Below, piece by piece: positions 53,828 to 64,000 of a DNA stretch of 64,000 nucleotides (positions are counted from its first letter, which is position 1; each line of letters opens with the position of its first letter). A model generated the notes under the pieces. It made no database searches and was not told the origin of the DNA. It saw only the letters and a list, made by a program, of their open reading frames with translations. The stretch comes from Mytilus edulis (taxonomy: Eukaryota), in contig NC_092352.1 of the NCBI RefSeq assembly GCF_963676685.1, positions 62,000,001 through 62,064,000 on the forward strand, in the 5' to 3' direction. The position numbers were made by a program, and so were the translations under genes.

Positions 53828-54569
53828 AACATTCATACCACATCTTCTTTTTTAGAAATATACATTAAGATGCCTTACTGCTAAATTCAGAAGCCACCAA
53901 CAGTTCAATAGGCAATTTTAATACAGTCGGCAACTACCATAGAGCAATATTTTCCGATGTGAATAATAATTGTTATTCTTTTATGGATAATAAAAAAAAA
54001 CAGAAATGAAATGTATCCCGTTATTTATCTATATATTTTTTTTCGGAATACCTACATCGGTTTCCGTTCTTAACTAGCTTTATGACCATCGCTTCTTAAG
54101 GTCTAGAATAAGTAACGCCGTTATTTTGAAGGTCAAGATGTGAACTCATTTGTAACTAAAAATAACATGTCGATTTGCACGGGCAGTTTATTTTTATAAG
54201 AATCATATCTACTGTAGTATATTGTTACTTTATTGTTATTCTTGAATACTGGTCTTAGTTATTTGCTTAAGACAGACCGACAGGACAATAAACTACTGTA
54301 GTGTTGAAATTTAAGGCGATTTACGCCTGTCGTATACATCGCAGAAACATAACAGCATTCAGATTTTTATGATTTATTATACATCTTCATATGTGAAATT
54401 GTCATGTATTTGGACTTTTTAAAGAAGTGTGCGAGTTCATTCTAATTGATGACCGCTGCCTTTGACCTATAAAATAGATGCTCGCCATCCTTAAAGTTTT
54501 AAAAAGCTACATATGTCTGTGAACTATTCTTCCTCAATTGAGTTTATAACTGTATTTTTCCTTAAACAG

Positions 54570-54729
54570 AGAGATAACAACCTTTACACAGAGAGAATGT
54601 CCGTCTCTGACACTTGCTTACATTAGCAATTACGACCAAATGGTTCAATCACTGCTCTATAATATCTGCCTCGACAAGAACAATGTCACCGAGAACACCT
54701 TTGACTCCCAGTTATTCTGTTATAATTGA
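54570..54729 (+). other. Candidate exon encoding one ankyrin-like repeat (orphan or pseudogenised)
   Basis: Acceptor tgtatttttccttaaacag is followed by 52 open codons: EITTFTQRECPSLTLAYISNYDQMVQSLLYNICLDKNNVTENTFDSQLFCYN*. The L-x-LA..MV..LL..D-x-N spacing fits the ankyrin consensus by eye. Confidence 0.4.
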
Positions 54730-55846
54730 ATTTTGTAATAGATATTTCATATTCAGTATATCGAATGTTTGTTTCCCATAACTGATATAGTTTTATGCTT
54801 CCCTGAGGAGTTTTGTATCGGATCAATCATGCCTTATAATATTTTATATTTTTGCTGATTGCGCCATTTGAAGGAAATTATATTTTGTCATTCGTTTTTT
54901 CGGCTGATTTTGCCTAGCGTACGGAAGTTAACATTTGGCGAATACACGTGTAATGATATGTGGTTATGTCTGTTTTCAGTCATTCCTTTTACGTAATATG
55001 AGAAAAAGGTTACATAATGTGCATTTGCAATCATTCATCATTTTGTTTTAACGTGGCTAATAGATCTGTTGGCCTACATTTGTGTGAATATGTTGTACAT
55101 TTATGGGCACGGTAAACAAACTTAAATTTTCCTTGCATAGTGATTACGCAGACGGATCTTTGAGGTTTTATGGTGCATGACGATACCAACTACATTTGTA
55201 CAAAATGAAATATTTTAAAGACATTTTTGTAATTTTTATAATTATAGCTGGGTTTTCCCCTTGCTCAGCTGTTTCCTACTAGATATATAAATAGAGAAAA
55301 TGAAGTAACATACCTCATGACATTTTATGCTACTTCACTGTTTGAAAAGGATATATGAGAAGGTAACATTACAGTAAGACACACAATTGAATATAAATAT
55401 AGGGGTAAATTCTGTAAATAAATAAACGTCATCAGGGACCGCCCATTTGGGGGAGAGATTACTAAAGCCATGTGCTCTTCTGATTGGTAAATAATGTTTG
55501 TAATAAATTAGTTTTTGATAGATGGATCAAAACTAGAGATGAAAAACTAGGCCATGTTAATGCCCAAAAATGCCGCATGACCCTATGTTTATATTGTTGC
55601 AAAAGATAGAACTACATTCATACTTTCATGAATGAAATATGCAATTTTCTAATTTCTAAATATAAATCCGGTATAAATTTATTTCAAGAGAATTTTTTAA
55701 TGAATTTACCCCTTTATTTTTTGTGGTACAGAAGATGATAAATGATAAAAGATTAATTTTGTCAAAACAACAACTAATTGAAACTAAACATACAAACATG
55801 TAACTGTCACAATATGTTTTCGTCTTATAATAGTTGATATTATCAA

Positions 55847-56700
55847 TATAAAAAAGAAGATGTGGTATGATTGCCAATGAGACAACTATCCACAAAAGAC
55901 CAAAATGACACAGACATTAACAACTATAGGTCACTGTAGGCCTTCAACAATGAGCAAAGCCCATACCGCACAGTGAGCTATAATAGGCCCCGATAAGACA
56001 ATGTAAAACAATTCAAACGAGAAAACTAACGGCCTTATTTATATAAAAAAAATGAACTAAAAACAAATATGTAAACATAAACAAACGACAACCACTGAAT
56101 TACAGGCTCCTGACTTGGGACAGGCACATATATAAATAATGTGGCGGGGTTAAACGTGTTAGCGGGATCCAACCCCCCCCCCCCCCCTAACCTGGGACAG
56201 TGGTATAACAGTACAACATAAGAACCAACTATAAAAATCAGTTGAAAAAGGCTTAACTCATCAGAGGACAAAAATACAAGTGGACGTGACCCGGTACTAA
56301 TACATGCCGACACAAAAAACACAATGAACAGATGTGAGAGTACTCGCAGTTATCTGACAGCTAGTTCAAAGCCACTAACAACTAATTAAAAAAAATCATG
56401 CAACTAAGACTAAACTATCAATCCGTACACATCCATCATCCAATAAATTTAGTGTAAAGACGTCATAAACAGCCAGAGAAAAGCATGACCTTTGTGCAAT
56501 GCCAAGTTACAGGTTTCGACAGATTGAAGATCCATGAATATGTATATACATATAACATACTAGGAATATTTAGTTAGCTTTTAATTTACTGATAAAAAAA
56601 TCAATATTTATACCAATAAAAACAATATTCAATGATCTTATTACAGTGTTGAAAAGGTAACCTTTTAGAATAAGTTTATTTAAAGGAGCGACAAGTTTAC
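55847..56700 (+). mobile_element. Longest copy of the 'atgtggtatgattgccaatgagacaact' repeat family, subfamily A, with poly-C tract
   Basis: 5' part matches 13373-13500 and the subfamily B copies. The right boundary is uncertain. Confidence 0.75.
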
Positions 56701-57357
56701 ATGGATCATTTCTAAATTTACATATTAGTGTAGCTGAATCACATTCGTTTATGTGTTTTTAGTGTTGCGCAGCTCGTCATGTGCTCCTATTTCGCCATTC
56801 TTTTTAAAGATTTAGGTAATTTTCATCAGTAATCAATATATTTACTTAATAAATCCACAACTTACATATCTAAGTAAGTCACCCTTCCTAGTTATATCAT
56901 AGTTTATAACATTTATACTTATTTCTTACACAATATGCACAAAACAGGTGTGTGGTTAACGGTGAAATCATGCATATCGACAGATGGAAATGAAATGAAC
57001 AAGCATTACGCACAAAAAAAAACTCCTATCCCCACCATAAGAATGTCCAATGGTCGTCCCCTTAAACGATTGGACAAACAAACAAATAACGACTTACGAT
57101 GTCTCTAATAAAATTAATCTATATTGACACTATAACACTTTTATAGATTAAATAACAACGACTCTGCAGTGTTGTAAATTCTAATGCGTCTAAAAAATAG
57201 AAAATTTGTTGTTGAGGTACCCGTGCGCTATGCTCTTATGTATCATGCCTCTGAACTAGAACACCAAGTTTATTCTGCCCGTGGGCTGTGCTCTCATATA
57301 TGCCTATGAACTAAGAATCCAGTTGTTTACCTACCCGCGCGCTGTTTTCTACTTTGT

Positions 57358-57518
57358 CAGTGGCGGACCTAGCCATTTTAAAAAGGGGGGTTCCCAACCC
57401 AGAGTAAAGGGAGGGGGTCCAACTATATGCTCCCGCTCAAATGTGGTCGGCCAAAAAAGGGGGGGTTCCAACCCCCGGAACCCCCCCCCCCCCCCCCCCG
57501 CTTTTGGATCCGCCACTG
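57358..57518. mobile_element. 161-bp hAT-like MITE
   Basis: TIR cagtggcgga / tccgccactg with G/C-run interior. The 8-bp TSD is not clean (..actttgt / cttgtct..). Confidence 0.75.
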
Positions 57519-60500
57519 CTTGTCTCTGAAGTAGAATAAAACAATTGTTTATTTACCCATGCGCTGAGCTGTATTTACGTTTTATTCAGTTTATCTTTGT
57601 TTGTTTACATTTTGCAATTGACTTAATAAATGCGTGTAACAATTAATGTATATTGGTTATCACAATCATACTACTTATGATCTTTAGTATCAACATTCAT
57701 ACGTGTTTATGCATAATAAATGATTCGATTACCCTACGGTCATTTGCCGGACACACACACACATCCTGAGGAATATCATTATATGTGTTTACTTTGTGAC
57801 TGTGTCCTTAACTAAACCTACCTGATCACAATTGTTTCAACCTATCCTCAGTCAGGAATCTGAAGTTCAGTAGGTGTCGTTTGTTTATGTGTTTCAAACG
57901 CAATTCTCGTATTTCGTTTTTTATGTAATAGATTAGACCTTTGGTTTACCGTTTGAATGGTTTACTCTAGTCATTTTTGGTGGGCCTTTATAGCTTGCTG
58001 GTCAGTGTGAGCAAAGGCTCTGTGTTGAAGCTGTACTTTGACCTATAATGGTTTACTTTTATAAACTGTAACTTGGAAGGAGAGTTGTCTCATTGGCACT
58101 AATACCACATCATCTTATATCTATTCATTTTTATTAGCACATTTAACGAGTTTTAAATATTTTTGTGAAGGGTTTTTTCAGCCATGAACCTAGCTTTAAT
58201 TTTCTTCAAATTTGCAAAAACCTACTTGAATGAGAGTTTATGAAACTAGATTTATCTTGGAATATCCATCGGCCAAATACATTGTACTCATTTAAAAAAA
58301 ATCTTTGATATAATAATGATTTTAAAGACTTATGGTTGAAATAAATAAACTTCCTATAAAATTCTGTATATCTTGTAATATGCCATATTTGAATTTAATA
58401 TTCGGCAATTAATAAATCAGCAACAACACAAAACATGCGTGTGAACATCAACTCATTAAACAATCATGTACATCTGGCGTACATATTTAATTTGCCATTT
58501 TTTCCAAAGTAGCAGGGGCAATAAGCACCAAGATCGGTCCCAATTTTCACACCAAAAATACAAAGTTCCTTCAAAGTCAGATGTTACCAACTAAAATAAT
58601 CATTGTAAATTAAAGTTTGATTTAAGAAAACATGTTATTTTCGGCAAAATTCTTTAAACATTTATTAGAAATTAAAAGCAAATTAAAATTAAAGTAGCAT
58701 CAGTGATCATTTATAAATAAACGAGATATGAACTGTTCCATTGTACATGTATTAATAGCTATATAGGTTACATGGATACAATTTTAAACTAGACACGGCA
58801 ATTGACAATCAGGTATAAATAGATATATTCAAAGTACATAAAATCATCACACAATTTTTTGTTGCAACTGAAAAATTACCTAATTAAGATACCATTAGTT
58901 TAAGGGCAGAGTTTTTATCAGTTAACTACTGCCGAACCCTTTAGCGTTGATTGATTGACAGAAACATCATCTCATTTACATATCATTAAATAATACTAAG
59001 TAGTCCTGCGCCATACCTGATAATATATACCTGTAGATTCGTAGGTTAATGATTTAATTAATCATGTTTTTCTGTCAACTCAATCAAACCATATTTACAT
59101 TACTGTTTGGGGAACATTGATAGAAAATACGTTACTTTATCAATACAAATGGATATGTGAATAGAAAATTTCATATAATCACTACATAATCGCTGTAATT
59201 ACATGGATTTCTAACACTTAAGACCGTATCTGTACTGGAGTAGCTTTAACGGTATGTTATTACTTAACTTACGTAACTTTTGCAACATTATGTGCTTTTT
59301 GTGTTATGGTGGTTGTTTAATTTGTTTTTAGCTATAAAATAGAAGCCTCAGGCATTCGATAGATTTATTATCTGTCCTCTTAAAAACGAATATATCGGAA
59401 AATCATAGGAAATTGTAGCAACACATTCCTAGTTTTGTTTATACAATCTGAGTATTTTTATATATATTTTATTATCATTATTTTACCATGAAAGAAAGTT
59501 GCTGTAATCTTATTCTTGATTAAAGCGCCATTACATTTTGGTTCTATAAAAGAGTGCTTTTAGATACATCTGAACTTTGAAATCTAGTTTAGAAAAGATA
59601 TACATTATAATATATAATACAATTTTGTATAATAACATGTCTCCGATTTTAAGTATGATAGGTTTTTCTTTTCGCTAAAAGATAAAGTTTTAAGTATTTT
59701 AAAAGGAGTGATAAAAGGTGTATCTTTCATGATAGAAAATTAAACTCAATTTATATATGTAATCAACATAAGATATTTCTAAAAGCAACCGATTGTTGTA
59801 AACGTATGTGTTTTGATCATGATAACTTACAAGTGGTCGGCGAATTGTCTTTGCATTAATACTAGCCATTACGTTCAACGTTACCGTTTATTGTGCACCA
59901 AATCCCCTTCTTCATAAGATAAGTTATATTTAATTTTGCTAGATGCTAAAATATATCCCAATAGCAAAATACAAACGTATAAAAAAAGGTCAGAATCAAA
60001 AGGAGGGGGTAACCAAAAACCGATCAGTAGAGGAAATACCGACAACATAACGACAAAACGAAAAAAGAAAGAGCTGGAAAATTCATATCACAAACACTAA
60101 AAAAAGATTTAGCAACACGAGACGAACCTCAAAAACTAGATTTACGCAGTTGCTTCGAAATGGTAAACAGTGTAAAAAATCCAGTAATAAGTCGCATTCT
60201 AACTGTTGTAATCTTTACGACCAAAATATAAACACCACTTTATAGGAATCCGCTGTGGGAACTGATCTTTCTTGTTAATTTACATAACCTTCCTTTAAAC
60301 AGGGATAACATTTCAAATGATTGTTCTCAAGCTTCAAGTAACCGCTTGTCATATACATAATGTGATACACTAATGTATTGAGCATGCAAATTCTGTGGCT
60401 AACAATCCACAAGCAGAGTTGCTAAAACACATACATGTATAGGTGATACGAAACTAAGTTTAAACGACACCTGTTCTTGAATTCCCCTCAACACTAGTAT

Positions 60501-62007
60501 AAACTGGCAAGACTGCAACTGACCATATTTATTGCGTGATTTTACGTGTCATGATAATATGTCAAACTGTTTATCAAATGTTTTCATGTTATAACAGTCA
60601 TTTACATCAGTGGTGTTGTACTATAACGCGGTCACTATGTTTTAGTGTCAAACAGTTATTTTTAAACGGTTAGTTCTTCTATATATGCAATAATTACCAT
60701 GGTAATATTTAAACAATCTTTATACTTATATTATGTTTGTTACAACGTATATATATTATCTAATAGAAATTGTGGATATGTGAGGGTCTTCTTTGAACTT
60801 CTTGTAGAAAAGGGGAAGGATATCAATTGAATACTGTTGAAATGCCACATTCTTTTGTTAGATAAAGTGTTATCAATCTATTTTTGGAAGTTGTCTATAA
60901 TCTGTTTCCTTTTCTGCACTTGGACATGAACCCATGGTAGCCTCATACGTCAACACACGTAATCGGGTTTTTTTCTTTCCTTTAAAGTCCAAAACACTTC
61001 GTCATTTTACACGTACATGTAGAAATAGCTTACTTTTGCAACGATAAGACGCTCAATTGTTCTGGAACGCATAAATCCTGTATAATTTGTCACTTGCATG
61101 TTTCTTATCATTATGTACCGATAAGTAGTATATCCGACGTTTTTGGATACCGATTGGTTATATACTTAATATTGTTTGGTGCATTTTAAATAATTTTGTT
61201 GTTATCTATTAATAATTTACCAAATACTTTTGGGTACCGACTAGTAATTTTTGAAATATTTTAGGGTACCGATAAGTAAGATGTAGTATACCAAATGCAT
61301 AATGTTCGTGCTTTGTTTTCATATTGGTTGAATCCGCATGACGCTGGTATTTCTCCAAATGTATTGTGAAAAAATATGCATTAATATTTTAAAAATAGTA
61401 CAAATCTTTCTCAAACCCATAAAGATATTTTACGGTTATATAATAACTGTAACATAAAAATTTTCTTTCATCATATTGATGATATTATCGCAGCTTTACT
61501 AGTATATATCTTATCAATTGTGTCCTTCCGACCTTTTCTATATTAAAGAAGTATTAATGTTTATCAATACAAATACAATAATGGTATATAGCTATAAAAA
61601 TGACATAAAATAGTTGAGAATTGTTGTTCTTTCCAACGTCTTACGCCCACTTATATTGGTGGAAGATTTTAAGATGATTCAACGCTGACCAAATCTTTAC
61701 CCAATTTTACTTTTCTGGCACTATTTATCAAAATGTATTAACTATGTCATGACCTACAGCATATATTGTTTGTCTTATTTTGTTCAGACAAATTTCCCTC
61801 AGAAAAAATACAATTTTAGTCTTTTGTAAAAATTTATACTATCATATATATGTTTCCTTTTATTAGATATACAAAAGTAGTTTGATGAATTTATCAATTG
61901 GACCCATGTGATAAATCATACTGTGTATCAAAAACACCCAGCTTCAAGCAAAAATATTCGGAAAATTGTATATTTTATTTATACAAGTCTTTTTTCGTGT
62001 TCATGCC

Positions 62008-62606
62008 TTTTATTAGCTCACCTGGCCCAAGGGCAAAGTTAGCTTTTCTCATCACTTGACGTCCGTCGTCCGTCGTCCGTCGTCCGTCGTCCGTCGTCAT
62101 TAACTTTACAAAATCTTCTCCTCTGAATCTTCTGGGCCAAATTTAACCAAACTTGGCCAAAATCATCATTGGGGTATCTAGTTAACAAAATGTGTCCGGT
62201 AACCCGGCCAACCAACCAAGGTGGCCGCTATGGCTAAAAATATAACAAAGCGGTAAAATGTAGATTTTTGCTTATATCTCTGAAACCAAACAATTTAGAG
62301 CAAATCTGACAATGGGTAACATTGTTTATCAGGTAAAAGATCCATCTGCCCTGAAATTTTCAGATGAATCAAACAACCCGTTGTTATAGGTTGCTGTACA
62401 TTTTTACAAAATATTTTCCACTGTAACTACTGGGCCAAGTTCATTATAGATAGAGATAATTGTAAGCAGCAAGAATGTTCAGTAAAGTAAGATCTACAAT
62501 CACATCACCATCACCAAAACACAATTTTGTCATGAATCCATCTGTTTCCTTTTTTTATATGCAAATGGACCAAGGTGAGCGACAAAGGCTCTTTGGTCCT
62601 CAAGTT
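62008..62606. mobile_element. Helentron-associated non-autonomous element (HINE/pearl-like)
   Basis: Starts 'ttttattagctcacctgg'; (cgtcgtc)n microsatellite; inverted subterminal 'ccaaggtgagc' and a degraded terminal hairpin ending 'agtt'. Confidence 0.8.
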
Positions 62607-62929
62607 GATAACCCCTGCCGATTTTGTCTCTATTCAGATTGTGTCGTCCTCTTACTGACCCCTTAAACATTGCAAATTTGATTTGTTTCTAACAACCTCG
62701 ATACCTTTTGTCAGTATCAAACTAGATTACAGTTATGTTTTTGTTATCCCTTTAAACCTTTGTTTTCAGACATGCTTACTTTCTCACGTATCTCTTTTTT
62801 TTTCAGAAATAACCTACCGATTTTGATTAGGGTTTATTTGGCATTTATTTTTCTTTTGCTTGTTTCTTTTATAAGTTAAATCTTCTCGTCCAATCACCTC
62901 GGCTGCCTCGTCATGTCGTTCTCACTAAC

Positions 62930-63120
62930 GTGAGTCCATGGTAGTCTAGGGTACATTGGTCAAAGGTTGGGTCAAATACAAAAAGACATTTGCTGCATGC
63001 TTCTCCGCTAGGTTTGCAGCAATAAGGATAACTAGTCATCTCGGAGTCAGAATAATACATGTTTTCCTATGAACTGCTACCTTAATTATGCATTAGTACG
63101 TTAAAAATCCGAATCAAGGT
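62930..63120 (+). mobile_element. Degraded tRNA-derived SINE-like fragment
   Basis: 'tgcttctccgcta..gcagcaataagg..ctcggagtcag.ataat..taaaaatcc' resembles a bivalve SINE body as I recall it. Confidence 0.45.
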
Positions 63121-63959
63121 ATCATTAATCAAGGTTCGTATTGACTTCGTTTGTAATATTTACCACTGGACACTATTCCATCCATGTATCCGTTCATCTT
63201 TTTTCCGATGATATAAACATATTGAAGTACCAGTGTACTCTGGTCCTGTTAGTGAAGAAAATTCACTTCATTCGGAAGAATTGCTGCTGGGCTTTATCGT
63301 CTATCAAATCAGTAAATACAGATGTTCATTAAATAACAAAACAAAAAACAATTGTGTTTTCATGATTGTCTTTTTGCTCAACGCCCTATATTTAACAAGA
63401 AAATTTGATTTATTATACACGGCTCTTCCCGGAATGATTCATGGATTACACAAATTTTTAATTCATATATTCTCGTAAAATATTTGTAAAATATAGATAT
63501 AAATTCTCTATTATACCATTAACCTAATTAGAATACACTTTCTTATACATGGTAAATCTTTTTTTTAAACTTTTCCTTGTTACAACAGTACAAATCTGTA
63601 GTATAAGGAATAAAACGGTACTGAAGTGGGGGTTTTTTCCTAAAAAAAATCAAATACTTTCAAGACGTGTTGGTGATCTTCTGCTGTTGTTTTTTCTATG
63701 GTCGGGTTGTTGTCTCTTTGACACATTCCCCATTTCCATTCTCAATTTTATTTCGAAAATTAAAACAAAAATCAATATAATTACCTCTATTTACAGAAGT
63801 CATAGTTATCATAAAGTATGTATTCCAGGTTTATCTTAAAGAAGTTAAGAAATACAGATAATTTGTAAAGGAAATTTCAATAATGAAAATTAGGCAATTA
63901 TATTCATGTGATATTAAGGCTTGACAATGTTAAATGCTAACTTTTCTTTCACCTAACAG

Positions 63960-64000
63960 GTATAATAACTTCACTGTGATTTTAAGATGAAGAACAGCAG
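63960..64000 (+). CDS. Probable first coding exon of an unidentified gene, running off the window (ATG 63987, MKNS..)
   Basis: Branch-like tgctaac (63935), pyrimidine tract, then cag| at 63959. There are 27 nt of UTR with an in-frame TAA before aagATG. Only four codons are visible. Confidence 0.4.

Noticed and set aside
56035-57529. Gly/Pro-run ORFs at 56035 and 57281
   Set aside because: They derive from poly-C tracts in interspersed repeats.

Overview
AT-rich eukaryotic (metazoan) DNA, not prokaryotic. The repeat families resemble, from memory, those of bivalve molluscs (probably Mytilus); this is unverified. There is no intact long CDS, rRNA, tRNA or CRISPR array, and nearly all ORFs in the supplied track are chance or repeat-derived. 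Main content: (1) a decayed, internally deleted Academ (AcademX-type, transposase plus XPG nuclease) DNA transposon at 5767-9253 with TAG..CTA termini and a TAA target-site duplication; (2) a 5.3-kb non-autonomous TIR element at 17130-22422 (perfect 25-bp TIRs, TA duplication) carrying about 14 copies of a ~257-bp satellite; (3) many MITEs, Helentron-associated elements, palindromic fold-backs, SINE pieces and a Penelope-like RT relic; (4) two minisatellites with higher-order structure. Between the repeats lie several short plus-strand exon-like segments with strong AG|GTAAG donors (11.5, 29.5, 38.7, 39.8, 53.8 kb), one ankyrin-like exon (54.6 kb), and a strong acceptor with a start codon at the very end (63960/63987). 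I infer the window is mostly the long, possibly multi-promoter 5' region of a gene that continues to the right. Coordinates of degraded repeats are approximate.
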